A stretch of DNA of 36,520 nt from a virus (IMGVR_UViG_3300027690_000146:1-36520); one strand, 5' to 3'; numbered from the stretch's first letter, positions 1-9,327 are shown. Notes: generated from the sequence alone by a model not told the origin. Numbers and translations are program-made.

Positions 1-459
1 TCAGGCAAACATATTGAACCAGGCATAAACGTCATCAGTCCCGGAAACCTGCTTGCCGTAGACCTGGAGGCTGGTGGTGAAGTAAACATCAGTATTCGGC
101 CCGAGAATGTTTGAGCCAGCATAGGTATAGAAGAAGCCTGGGGTGTTGGCCTGGCCCACCACCGTTTTGGTTACGCCGTCAATAACCAGCTTGGTTAGCC
201 GAAAATGCTGGGATGCGTTTTGCTCCACAGAGATGGCCTTGAGGACGCCGCGGCCGGTCTCAGAGAACATCAGCTCCTCGGTGTCCTGGACCTGAAACGT
301 ATATTTGCGGAGGGTGACGGTAGCCTTTTCCGTCAGCAGCTCATAGAGCTTCTTGATGATGTCCGCCAGTGAATTGGCGGCCGGCGGGTTATCCACCGCG
401 GCCTGGTCAATCTTGCGGGTCTGCTTTTTCATCCAGTTTAAAAAGGGCATATCTATCAT
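1..459 (-). CDS. hypothetical protein, possible tail-fibre/receptor-binding associated
   Basis: 152 aa ORF with SD (GAGGAG) upstream, last gene of tail module in the window, beta-rich C-terminus; no recognised motif. Confidence 0.5.
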   Translation of the reverse strand: MIDMPFLNWMKKQTRKIDQAAVDNPPAANSLADIIKKLYELLTEKATVTLRKYTFQVQDTEELMFSETGRGVLKAISVEQNASQHFRLTKLVIDGVTKTVVGQANTPGFFYTYAGSNILGPNTDVYFTTSLQVYGKQVSGTDDVYAWFNMFA

Positions 460-496
460 TTTAAATGCTCCTCAAATGATGGTTCTGAGGCCCAGC

Positions 497-886
497 CTAG
501 GGCGTGGGCACCTGGATTGTGACGGTGCCGGGGTCACCATTGGCATTGTAAGAAAAGACCATCTCCCGGACCTCAGAGCCGTGGGTCAGAGTGATTTTGG
601 TGATGTTCCCGCTGGTGTATTCATAATCCACCGTTTTCCCGTCAGGGAGGGCCACCCTGGCCAGCTCTCCCGTCCCGTCCTCTGAATAGCTCCCTGATTC
701 CCCTGAGTCAAAGTAATAAAACGTGATGGTTTTGGGGGTGGAATTTGAGCAGAGGGCCAGGAATGCGGCCACGCCCTCCATGGCCTTTTTCACAATGTCC
801 AGGTCCCGGTCCTGGATGTTGTTGAGGCTTTCGGAGGTGACCATCATGCTGGGAGCATAATTGGTATGGCGTTCATAGATTTCCAT
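497..886 (-). CDS. short tail-fibre-like protein
   Basis: 129 aa; N-terminus 'MMVTSESLNNIQD' resembles baseplate-attachment N-termini of tail fibres; C-terminus has YD-like hairpins; SD AAGGAG. Confidence 0.5.
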   Translation of the reverse strand: MEIYERHTNYAPSMMVTSESLNNIQDRDLDIVKKAMEGVAAFLALCSNSTPKTITFYYFDSGESGSYSEDGTGELARVALPDGKTVDYEYTSGNITKITLTHGSEVREMVFSYNANGDPGTVTIQVPTP

Positions 887-897
887 GGATCAGCTCC

Positions 898-1107
898 TTA
901 TTCATGCCGCTCCAGGGAGACACAGGCCCACATCACCGCCTCCTCAATTTTGGTCAGGGCCAGGGCCTGCTCCCGGCTCTGGGGACAGAAGCGGGAGACA
1001 AATGACGCCATCTGGCGCCCGAAGTCCCGGATGAATTCATGCTTGGCCGCCTGGAATCCATCCTTTGGCGGATGATGTTTGAAATTGTTGTCAAGGTCAT
1101 AATCCAT
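898..1107 (-). CDS. Acb2/Tad1-like helical-hairpin protein (candidate anti-defence nucleotide sponge)
   Basis: ATG at 1107 with SD AAGGAGG; 69 aa 'NNFKHHPP...CPQSREQALALTKIEEAVMWA' matches the Acb2/Tad1 hairpin pattern as I recall it. Confidence 0.65.
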   Translation of the reverse strand: MDYDLDNNFKHHPPKDGFQAAKHEFIRDFGRQMASFVSRFCPQSREQALALTKIEEAVMWACVSLERHE

Positions 1108-1124
1108 AAATATCCTCCTTAATG

Positions 1125-1682
1125 TTATACACAGAGCCAATCTCGGTCTGTAAGGGAATTGGGATGGTCACACTTGAAACACTCCCTCCTAAATACACCC
1201 AGGGTGTGGGCGGGTTTGAGCTTCTTTATGAGGCGGTCCACATCATAGACAGTGATGCCGGCCGGCATCTCCTCCACCGGTGTCACCACAGAGAAAACGG
1301 CCCATTCATCCTGGCCCTCCGTCTGGTAATGCTCCACCACCTCCACGTCCGTCAGCCCCAGTGTTTCCATGGCCAGGATCATTCCCGGAATGGTGCCGCC
1401 CATCCTATAAATCTCATAAGCATTGGCCAGGCGGGTCCGGTATGTCTCCCAGTCTTCTGATTCCAATTTGAGGAAGCCAATATCCTGGCCACGCCGGCGG
1501 AGCGCCCAATAGCTGGCCAGGCTGACGTAAGCCTGGCGCCGTACCCAATAGATGTCCGCCCGGACCTTTTCGCAGAGCTGGGAGATGGTCATCCAAAACA
1601 GATAAATGCTATTGTTGGCCAGATTCCAGGTCAGCTTGAATGGGCGGAAGCATAAATCCCAGAGGTATTCCAGGAAGGTCAT
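1125..1682 (-). CDS. baseplate wedge/tail protein (P2 gpI / Mu gp48-like)
   Basis: Follows baseplate J; 'E..ETYRTRL..AY..Y..GGT..G' and 'LIKKLKPAHT' motifs. Confidence 0.8.
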   Translation of the reverse strand: MTFLEYLWDLCFRPFKLTWNLANNSIYLFWMTISQLCEKVRADIYWVRRQAYVSLASYWALRRRGQDIGFLKLESEDWETYRTRLANAYEIYRMGGTIPGMILAMETLGLTDVEVVEHYQTEGQDEWAVFSVVTPVEEMPAGITVYDVDRLIKKLKPAHTLGVFRRECFKCDHPNSLTDRDWLCV

Positions 1683-1685
1683 CCC

Positions 1686-2858
1686 TTATTCCTCCTCCTC
1701 CGCCACGGTGACGGTGATGGTGCCCTTGGCAGCCATCTCTCCCTTTTCAATCTCAATCAGGGAGAAGCCACAGGCCAGCCTTTTGATGTCCTCAATATGG
1801 CGCCCCAGGGCCAGAATGATCCGGTCCTGGGTGACGTCCTGGCCCAGCTTGAAGCGCAAATCCTCCACCTCCCAGGTGTCATCCCGGATGAAAAGGGCGT
1901 TGATGATGCTCTCCGCGTCTGCCTGGATGGTGGCCTGGCCGGTGGTGCCGGTCACAACATAAATGGTGATGGTAGCGTTTACGGTGACCGGGGTGGGCGC
2001 CAGCACCAGGGCATCAGAGCAGATGGGCTTTTTGTCATCAATATTGGCCTGGACCTCATCAATGAGGGCCTGAGTAGGAATGCCATTGGTCCCGGTGATG
2101 TAAATGTCCACCGTGCCGGGGCCGCGGGGCCAGGTGTCATCCACCAGGACGTCCACCACGCCATTGATTTCCTTGGCATAGCCCACGTAAGCCAATTTTG
2201 TGCTCCCCCTGGCCAGCTCCTCCCATTTGAGCCTATAACGCTCCCTCAGCTCTGTGTCTGTCTCCTGGTCCGTCCCCTCATCCGTCAGCCAGCCGGCCCG
2301 GTTTTCCACGCCGTCTACTCCGCTAATGGTGGTGATGAGGCGGATGATGGTCAGGGTGCCCACGTTATATTCCGCGCCGGCGCTCTCCGCCTCCACCGGG
2401 ACCGCCACCTCCGCCTGGCCGGATTCCAGAACGGTCTCCTCCGTCACCAGAAAACGATATTCCCGCCCCTGGGAATCCGTGGCGGTGGACATAATAGCGC
2501 CGGCCGGGATGACCACGTTACTGGCCTCCGGTGTCTCCCGGTAAAAACAGACGTTGCCGGCCGTTTTGGTGGCGGGTTTGCGGGTGATGCCAATCTCCCC
2601 CGCCTTCAGGTCCAGCCATCCGCCGGTGGCCGTCTGGGCAAAATGTTGATAACAGACATTGGCCAGAAGGATATAGAAGGAATGGACCGCCCTGGTGAAA
2701 ATCTCCAAAATGGTCCTGAAAATCCCGCCGGGATTGTAATTGGTAATTTGCGGGAGGTTGGTCTGGGCATCCGCAAAAAGGGCATCCCGGATGTCATCCT
2801 CATCCTGCCACAGGAATTCCGTTTGCTCATCAATTTGGTCCATGATGGGGTCAGCCAT
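1686..2858 (-). CDS. baseplate J / Mu gp47 family protein
   Basis: 390 aa; 'TATGGWLDLKA..IGITRKPATK', 'GTDQETDTELRERY', 'RGPGTVDIYI' motifs. Confidence 0.92.
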   Translation of the reverse strand: MADPIMDQIDEQTEFLWQDEDDIRDALFADAQTNLPQITNYNPGGIFRTILEIFTRAVHSFYILLANVCYQHFAQTATGGWLDLKAGEIGITRKPATKTAGNVCFYRETPEASNVVIPAGAIMSTATDSQGREYRFLVTEETVLESGQAEVAVPVEAESAGAEYNVGTLTIIRLITTISGVDGVENRAGWLTDEGTDQETDTELRERYRLKWEELARGSTKLAYVGYAKEINGVVDVLVDDTWPRGPGTVDIYITGTNGIPTQALIDEVQANIDDKKPICSDALVLAPTPVTVNATITIYVVTGTTGQATIQADAESIINALFIRDDTWEVEDLRFKLGQDVTQDRIILALGRHIEDIKRLACGFSLIEIEKGEMAAKGTITVTVAEEEE

Positions 2859-2867
2859 TTATCCTCC

Positions 2868-3206
2868 TCAGAGCGCCCGCCACTGCCCATTGGCATAGAG
2901 ATGGGGGATGGAGCTGGATGTGTTGAAATACATGTCACCCTCCACCGGGCTTTCCGGTGCCACAGGCCCGCACCCACGCCAGCGGCAACAGACGCCAGGG
3001 TGCGGATTCGATGAGACTCCGTGATTATCGAAATCGTCTTTGACGCCATCTATGTCACTCTCGGCCTGGGTAACCCGCCCGTCTAGCGCAGAGAGGCCAG
3101 CGGCCGTGGCAAAGTCCTCCGCGCTCTGTCCGTCCAGCCGGTCCGCATCCAGGCCGGAGCCGGGGCCGTGGACCAGGCGCTCAGGGGTGATTTTTCTTTC
3201 AGCCAT
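2868..3206 (-). CDS. small tail-fibre-repeat protein
   Basis: 112 aa with 'GPGSGLDADRLDG' tail-fibre shaft motif and 'P..PVEGDMYFNTS' C-terminal motif; SD GAGG. Confidence 0.6.
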   Translation of the reverse strand: MAERKITPERLVHGPGSGLDADRLDGQSAEDFATAAGLSALDGRVTQAESDIDGVKDDFDNHGVSSNPHPGVCCRWRGCGPVAPESPVEGDMYFNTSSSIPHLYANGQWRAL

Positions 3207-3215
3207 TGCTGTCCT

Positions 3216-3899
3216 CTACTTTTTGAAATAACAGGCCGTCACCTGGGGCGTATAGCCCGCCACCGGCGCCGGGGCCGTGGTGAATGTGATTGTCCGGCCG
3301 GTCAGGGTGTAATCATCCGGGGCGTCCATGAGCTGGCCATCTAGAAACACCTGGACCGTATTGGCCACCGGCACATTGGCCAGGGTGAAGTCCTTGTTGA
3401 CGCCATCCACCACGCCGGCCGGCTCCTCCCCGTTGATGAAATTCTGGGCGCTCAAATAGTCCGGCATCCAAACCGTCCCGCTCATTTCCACCCCCGCATT
3501 GGTATTGATCCATAGCACCTGGGAGACCGTCTGGCCGCCCTCCACCCAGGTAAAGGTCAGGCCCATGGTCAGGATTTTCTCCGTCCAATCCAGGACCTCC
3601 ACCACCACGGAGCGCCGCAAAATCCGCGGCTCCAGATAGAGCTGGGCCTTGATGGCCTCCGCCAGCTCCGCCCGGCTCAGCGGCACATTGTCCCGGTGGA
3701 GGTAATTGTAATAATCCAGGCCATAGGTCAGATCATAGAACAGCCCGCCCAAAGGCGTGATGAGGCGGTGGCGGACACCTTGCAATAAGCACACCTCATC
3801 TCCACACAACACCAGGTCCCCGCCGGCACCCAGGACAAAATTGCCCTCATCCGTCAAGCGGATGTCCGTTCCCAGCTCTGGAAAATTAAATCCCCTCAT
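3216..3899 (-). CDS. baseplate wedge / sheath initiator (gp25/GPW, DUF2634-like) with C-terminal extra domain
   Basis: 'LGTDIRL...GDLVL...LLQGVRHRLITPLGGLFYDLTYG...L.LEPRI' plus C-terminal 'GVVDGVNKDFTL...VQVFLDG...DYTLTGRTITFTTAP'. Confidence 0.75.
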   Translation of the reverse strand: MRGFNFPELGTDIRLTDEGNFVLGAGGDLVLCGDEVCLLQGVRHRLITPLGGLFYDLTYGLDYYNYLHRDNVPLSRAELAEAIKAQLYLEPRILRRSVVVEVLDWTEKILTMGLTFTWVEGGQTVSQVLWINTNAGVEMSGTVWMPDYLSAQNFINGEEPAGVVDGVNKDFTLANVPVANTVQVFLDGQLMDAPDDYTLTGRTITFTTAPAPVAGYTPQVTACYFKK

Positions 3900-4537
3900 T
3901 CTGCCTTCACCTTGGTTGAGCCTTCCGTTATGATTCCGGTTTTGCCGTCCACCACCACCTGGTCACCCTTGCGGGCCACTTCCTTCCCGGTCTCCCCGGC
4001 CAGGTGGACCTCCGGCGATTCCACCACCACCTTGCTCCCGGTTTTCACCCGGATTTCTGAGCCGGTCAGGCTGACATAGGTGCCGGGGCCATGCTGGATC
4101 ATCACCTGGTCCTGGCGGAGGCGGACAAAGGTCTCCCCCGATAGGTAGAGCGCCACCTCCCCCTCATCCAGGCCAGGCGTCACCCGGCCCAAGGCGCCGG
4201 TGACCACCGGCCAGCTCCAATCCCCGCCCAGGAATGACACAATCACCAGCTCCCCCTTTGCCGGCAGGCCAAAAAGGCCCCGGCTGGCGCCGTTGGTTTT
4301 AGTGCAAATGGGCACCCGGACAATGGGCTGGACCTTTTTGGTGACGCCGGCGCCATCCGTCACCCGGATCTCCTCCTCATTGTTGCGGAGCGGGAGGACG
4401 TCACACAGGTATTGATTGGCCGCCGGATAGACCTTGAGCACCCGCGCCTTTATGGGAAAAGCATATTGCCGGCGGATGTCCAGGCCCGCCCAGCGGAGCA
4501 TCTCCTGGATGGCTGATTTTAGGCTTCCGTCCAGCAC
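3896..4537 (-). CDS. baseplate spike (gpV / Mu gp45-like)
   Basis: OB-fold-type 'GLFGLPAKGELVIVSFLGGD..PVV', beta-helix region, C-terminal 'VARKGDQV...GIITEGSTKVKA'. Confidence 0.85.
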   Translation of the reverse strand: MLDGSLKSAIQEMLRWAGLDIRRQYAFPIKARVLKVYPAANQYLCDVLPLRNNEEEIRVTDGAGVTKKVQPIVRVPICTKTNGASRGLFGLPAKGELVIVSFLGGDWSWPVVTGALGRVTPGLDEGEVALYLSGETFVRLRQDQVMIQHGPGTYVSLTGSEIRVKTGSKVVVESPEVHLAGETGKEVARKGDQVVVDGKTGIITEGSTKVKAE

Positions 4538-4540
4538 CGT

Positions 4541-5386
4541 TTAAACCTCCCTAAAAAACAGGACGGTCCGGGCCTTGAATCCGCGCTGAATGTGGCGGAC
4601 CTCCTCAATACGATAGCTCCCGGAGATTTTGGCCAGGGTGGAGTCCGCAATGGAGACCATCATGGAATGGTCAAAATATGGCCAGGGATGAATCACCACC
4701 CGGCCCAGCTCCCCGCCGGCCTTGGGCGCCTCCAGCTCAATGATGTTCACCTTATTGGCCAGGGCCAGGTCCTTCCGGCAATCATTCCGGCCATTGGTCT
4801 CATCCTCCCAGGGCGCCCAATGGAAGCGGCCCTCCCCGTCCGTCCACCAGCGGAGGGTATCGACATCCCGCCCCCACTGCTCCGCCAGGGCCGTTTTGGA
4901 TTTCAGGAGGGCCTCCTGGATGGTCTCCCCGGTGGCCACCCAATGGGGCCAGGCCACATCAAAGCGGGTGGACACCCGCGCCGGATTCATGCCGGCCTCC
5001 GCGGCCAGGCGTTTGATGATTTGGCTGGTGATTTCTCCGCGGGTATTGGTGACGGTCCGGGCGGTCAGGAGATTGGCGCCGGCATCCGTGGCCCAGACTC
5101 TGACCGTTTTGGCATCATTGACGTCCCGCACCTGGCCGGAGAAAACGGTGACCACGTCCTCCTCCAGGCCCCAGCTCAGGCTGACCTCATCCCCCGGCTG
5201 GATCAGGCCGGAATAGACGCCGGCCTCCGGCGCCTGGATGTTTCCAATTTGGAATTCCAAATATTTGGCCACCGCATCCCGCCGGCTGATGAGGGTGAAA
5301 TCAGGACATTTCTGCTCATAAGGCTGGCCGGCCACCGTCAGGGTGGCCTCCATCGCCGCGTAGAGTAAAGCGCTGGATTGGCTCAT
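4541..5386 (-). CDS. baseplate hub / late control D-like protein
   Basis: Position before spike; 'GDEVSLSWG...VFSGQV' and 'SGSYRIEEVRH...GFKARTVL' motifs. Confidence 0.75.
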   Translation of the reverse strand: MSQSSALLYAAMEATLTVAGQPYEQKCPDFTLISRRDAVAKYLEFQIGNIQAPEAGVYSGLIQPGDEVSLSWGLEEDVVTVFSGQVRDVNDAKTVRVWATDAGANLLTARTVTNTRGEITSQIIKRLAAEAGMNPARVSTRFDVAWPHWVATGETIQEALLKSKTALAEQWGRDVDTLRWWTDGEGRFHWAPWEDETNGRNDCRKDLALANKVNIIELEAPKAGGELGRVVIHPWPYFDHSMMVSIADSTLAKISGSYRIEEVRHIQRGFKARTVLFFREV

Positions 5387-5919
5387 GGTCCGGGCGCCTC
5401 CTCATCCGCGCCAGGGGTGCCCTGGCCGCTTGGGTATTCCGGCACCACCGCCAGGCTGGCGGCCTCCGTGGCGGCCGCGGCCTGATTGGCCTGGGTGACG
5501 TTGTTTTTTATCTGCTCCGCCAGCGGGATGAATTCCTCCAGCCAGATGGTGGCCTGGAGGGTGTCATCCTCATTGGTCTCCTCTGTCTCCAATTGCCGGA
5601 TGAGGACGGAGGAGATTTGACGGGCGTTTACATGGACGTTTGAAATGGAATGTATCTGGGGCTTGCTCTGTTCTGTCTTGCGGAATAGGGCATGGAGGGC
5701 GCCGGCCAGGTCATACGGGGAGCCGCCGTCCTCCGCCACCAGGCGGAGGATGATTTCAATATTGCCCTCATCATAGCCCGCGGGGAGCTTGAGGTGCCCG
5801 TCCAGGTCCTGGATGGGCAGCTCATCAATGATGATATTGGCGCCCACCCGGAGCCGCTGTAAATAGCCCGGCAAAGGCGCCCCGTCTATCTTGATGATTC
5901 CCGCGCTGATGTCCGGCAT
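5383..5919 (-). CDS. tail tube initiator / baseplate-associated protein
   Basis: 178 aa directly after tape measure, overlapping-stop coupling with next gene; synteny. Confidence 0.55.
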   Translation of the reverse strand: MPDISAGIIKIDGAPLPGYLQRLRVGANIIIDELPIQDLDGHLKLPAGYDEGNIEIILRLVAEDGGSPYDLAGALHALFRKTEQSKPQIHSISNVHVNARQISSVLIRQLETEETNEDDTLQATIWLEEFIPLAEQIKNNVTQANQAAAATEAASLAVVPEYPSGQGTPGADEEAPGP

Positions 5920-5927
5920 TTATCACC

Positions 5928-8837
5928 TCAGAACATGGCCACGTTGCGGCCGAATTCCCGCGCCAGCTCCCGGCCAAAATCAGTCTCCTCCCGGCCGGCC
6001 TCCCTGGTCAGGCGGCCCTGCTTGGCGCCCGGCGCCACACTCCCGCCCATCTGGATCATGATTCCCGCCAGGTGGCGGATGGCCTTCACCAGCTCCCGGC
6101 TGGCCGCCACCATCTCCGCATTCTCCGGCCGGAGGCCACCGGCCTCCCGCCGCTCCGTCCCGCCCGCCTCCGGCGCCCGGCTCTCCACCAGGCCCGGCTC
6201 CCGCGGGATGGCCCTGGCGGCCACCTCTATGGAGACCGGGGAGACAGACGCCGCGGCCGCTTTGGCCACCGGCTCCCGCGCCACCGCCGTGGTGACCACC
6301 TGGATGGGCGCCGCGGGGACATTGACCACGGCTGCCGGCGGTGCCAGATTCTCCGGCTCCCGCGCTACCGCCTTGGGGACCACCTGCATGGGCGCCGGCG
6401 GTGTCAGATTCACGGGCTCCCGCGTCACCGCCTTGGTGACCACCAGAATGGGTGCCGCGGGGACATTGACCACGGGTGCCGGTGGCATCAGGCTTGCCAC
6501 CTCCGGCCGCCCTCCGGCGGCCGCTGCGGCCTGGGCCTGACCTGCCGCCTGGATCATCCCCGGCCCAGCGGCTGGCGCTTTAGCTCCCGGCGCCCACTCC
6601 TCAAAGCCGGCCAGGAGAGCCAACTTGGCCTCATTGATAGCCCACCGCTTGGCCTTGCCCTTGCCCATGGCCTCATCAGTCTTTTGCTGGACCTTATTGA
6701 TGGCGTCCAGGGCTTGATTGGTCACTTGCTCCGTTTGCTGGGCCGCCTCCGCCATCCCCGTTTTAAAGGCGCCGCTGATGCTGTCTCCCAGGCCGGAAAA
6801 AAGCCCCTTGCCCTCCTCCACGTATAGGTTGCTAAAATCCAGGAGGGCGCCCGCGTCCTTCTGGATTGTTTCTTTCACCTTGTCCGCCGCCGATTTGATG
6901 CCGGACACCACCTGCTCCGGGGTCACTTCCCGGAGGAGCTGGATGGGCTCTTTGCCCAGGGCTTTCCGCGCCAGGTTAATAATCCGGATAAATTGGTTGA
7001 TTTGCTTGATGCCCATGTTGATGATGCCGGTGACGGTGCCAATGAGCACCTCCGCCATAAAGCGGGCAATATCGCTGATGGGCACTTTGACGCCCGTGAT
7101 TTTCTTGATGACTGTCTGAATGATAGTCAGGGCCAGATTACCCAGACGGGTGAAGGCCCCGCTTGCAAACGCCACCAGCTTCCCCCAGACCTCCGGCAAT
7201 TTGGCGGTGATGCTTTTGATTTTTTCCCACCAGGTAGCCAGGGTGATGGTCACCATGAGCATGGGGGACATCATCATCAGGGCGCCCTTGAGCCAGATGC
7301 TCATCCGGCCGATGATGGCCCGCGCCTCATCCCAGCGCCGGGTCATCACGTATACATGGAAGGCAAGGGCGGCCACGGTGCCCACCACCGCCACCAGAAT
7401 CCAGGTGATGGGATTGGCCAAAACAGAAGCGGTGAAACGCCAGGAGGCGGCCGCTGCTGAATTCATGGCCACCCGTATGGCGCCCAGGGTGGCCGGTACA
7501 TCCTTCCAGATCCGCGCCGGGTTCGCCAGGGTCAGCGCCCGGCCCAACATGCCGGAGGCGCCGGTCATGCCGGTCATGAGTTTGAGGCCGCCCCCCAGGG
7601 TAAACTGAAACGCTCCCAGCGCGATCCGCGCCAGGCCCAAGGTCAGGATGAAGCCTCCCAGGGCCACCGCGCCCTTGACTATATAGCTGGTCAGACGGGG
7701 GTGGGCATGCATCAGGTCCACCACAGAGCGGAGGACCGGCTTGATTTCTCCCAGCAACTCCGTCACCGTGGGCAATAGCTCATTTCCGATGGTGATGGTG
7801 ATTTCAGAGATTGAGCTTTTGAGCTGGTCCCACTTGAATTTTGCGGATTCCTTCATCTTCTGGAAGGCCGCCTCCATGGCGCCGCCGGCGCCCTTCATCC
7901 CCTCCGCAGTCTCCAGGAATAGCTCCATGTTATTGGCCAGGGCGGAAAATCCTTTGGCCGCCCGGACCTCCGGGATGACGTCCCGGATTTCCGCCAGGGT
8001 GGACGTCTTGCTCCCCAGGATGCGGACCGCCTCCACCAGGTCACCGGCGGCCACCGCCGCCTGAAGCTCCGCCCCGCCCATTTTCTGGAGGGCCTCCTCC
8101 GCAATGGAGGACGGCGCGGCAATGGCCTGGACGAGACCGCGGAGGGCGGTGACCGCCTCCGGGGTCCTGATGCCGGCCTTGGTCATCACCGCCAGGGCCG
8201 CTCCCACCTGCTCCACCGGGATTTTGGCCGCGGCGGCAATGCTGGTGACCTCCCCCATGTAAGCGCCCAGCTCTGGGAATGTGGTGACACCGAGCTGGAC
8301 TGTGCGGAAAAGCACATCATACACCCGGCCCAGCTCTGTCACCGGGAGCTGATAGGCGTTCAGAATATTGGCTCCCAGGGTGGCGGCCGTATTGACATCC
8401 GTCACCCCGGAGATGGCGGCCTTTGCGCTGAGGCTCAAAAAATCCAGGGCGCCGGCGGCCGGGATGCCGGCGGAGAGCACATTGTAAAGGGCGTGGCCCA
8501 TGGTATCGGGCACCTGGCCAAAGTCAGACGACAAGCGTAGCACACCGGCCGACAGGGCATGAAGGTCCGTGGTGGTGTCCTGGATCATGGTGGACACCTC
8601 CGCCATCCGATGCTCAAAACTGGCCGCCGCCGGCACAGTGGCCAGGAAGGGGGCGGCAATGGCGGCTCCCACGCCGGCCATAATGGCTCCGCCCTTCATG
8701 TTAGCCATGCCGGCTTCCAGCATCCGTGTGGAGGCGGAGAGCTTTTCCACCTCCCGGTTGATCTGGCCGATTTTCCCGGAGGCCGCATCATAGGCATTGA
8801 TGATGATGCCCAGCCTCATCAAAGGGCTTCTAGTCAT
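5928..8837 (-). CDS. tail tape measure protein (TP901-type core)
   Basis: 969 aa Ala-rich helical; 'AASFEHRMAEVST', 'LGVTTFPELG' core motifs; central hydrophobic segments; start may be ATG 8819. Confidence 0.92.
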   Translation of the reverse strand: MTRSPLMRLGIIINAYDAASGKIGQINREVEKLSASTRMLEAGMANMKGGAIMAGVGAAIAAPFLATVPAAASFEHRMAEVSTMIQDTTTDLHALSAGVLRLSSDFGQVPDTMGHALYNVLSAGIPAAGALDFLSLSAKAAISGVTDVNTAATLGANILNAYQLPVTELGRVYDVLFRTVQLGVTTFPELGAYMGEVTSIAAAAKIPVEQVGAALAVMTKAGIRTPEAVTALRGLVQAIAAPSSIAEEALQKMGGAELQAAVAAGDLVEAVRILGSKTSTLAEIRDVIPEVRAAKGFSALANNMELFLETAEGMKGAGGAMEAAFQKMKESAKFKWDQLKSSISEITITIGNELLPTVTELLGEIKPVLRSVVDLMHAHPRLTSYIVKGAVALGGFILTLGLARIALGAFQFTLGGGLKLMTGMTGASGMLGRALTLANPARIWKDVPATLGAIRVAMNSAAAASWRFTASVLANPITWILVAVVGTVAALAFHVYVMTRRWDEARAIIGRMSIWLKGALMMMSPMLMVTITLATWWEKIKSITAKLPEVWGKLVAFASGAFTRLGNLALTIIQTVIKKITGVKVPISDIARFMAEVLIGTVTGIINMGIKQINQFIRIINLARKALGKEPIQLLREVTPEQVVSGIKSAADKVKETIQKDAGALLDFSNLYVEEGKGLFSGLGDSISGAFKTGMAEAAQQTEQVTNQALDAINKVQQKTDEAMGKGKAKRWAINEAKLALLAGFEEWAPGAKAPAAGPGMIQAAGQAQAAAAAGGRPEVASLMPPAPVVNVPAAPILVVTKAVTREPVNLTPPAPMQVVPKAVAREPENLAPPAAVVNVPAAPIQVVTTAVAREPVAKAAAASVSPVSIEVAARAIPREPGLVESRAPEAGGTERREAGGLRPENAEMVAASRELVKAIRHLAGIMIQMGGSVAPGAKQGRLTREAGREETDFGRELAREFGRNVAMF
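6190..6485 (-). repeat. imperfect tandem repeats in tape measure C-terminus (PAP..VV.KAV.REP units)
   Basis: CCGCGGGGACATTGACCACGG at 6311-6331 and 6455-6475; four 'REP'-ending peptide units. Confidence 0.8.
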
Positions 8838-9016
8838 TTGCTCTCCCCGTTAAAGGCATCCGCAATGGCGTTTTGCATCATGATTTTTTGGCGCCGCTCC
8901 AGCCACAGGGCCTCCTGGAAGCGGGCTTTGAATTCCTCATCCGTCAGGGTGTCCGGGTCCACATGGAACAGGAAGCGGATGAGACATTCCGCCTGGCGGA
9001 AGATATTCCCGTCCAC
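8834..9016 (-). CDS. tail assembly chaperone, -1 frameshift extension (gpT/GT-like)
   Basis: Lies in the -1 frame relative to the upstream chaperone, open from the slippery site; directly before tape measure. Confidence 0.75.
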   Translation of the reverse strand: MDGNIFRQAECLIRFLFHVDPDTLTDEEFKARFQEALWLERRQKIMMQNAIADAFNGESK

Positions 9017-9021
9017 TTCCT

Positions 9022-9327
9022 TTAGAGCTTTTTTTCCAGCAGCTCCATCTCCCCGCCGGCCAAATGATTCAGCTTGATGAAAAGGATGCTCTCCAGCATG
9101 GGCGCCTCCTCCAGCATCTGGAGGTAAGCCTCCCGCTCAGGATGCACCAGACAGGCCATGGTGAAATTGCTGACGGCCAGACCCGGATTCTTCTGAGACT
9201 CTGTCATGTAGCGCTTGACATCTGCCCGCGTGGGCTTGCGGACATAGAGCGGCTCCGGCAATTGCTCCGCGGAGAGCTGGAAAATAGTTGTATTGGGATG
9301 CTGTCCTTTGATTTCCTCAGGGGTCAT
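9022..9327 (-). CDS. tail assembly chaperone (gpG-like)
   Basis: 101 aa between tube and tape measure; 'YVRKPTRA'; ends in EKKL; SD AAGGAGG. Confidence 0.8.
   Translation of the reverse strand: MTPEEIKGQHPNTTIFQLSAEQLPEPLYVRKPTRADVKRYMTESQKNPGLAVSNFTMACLVHPEREAYLQMLEEAPMLESILFIKLNHLAGGEMELLEKKL
9028..9034 (-). other. -1 programmed ribosomal frameshift slippery site A AAA AAG
   Basis: CTG GAA AAA AAG CTC TAA; the -1 frame reads KALKEVDGNIF into ORF 8834-9016. Confidence 0.8.
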
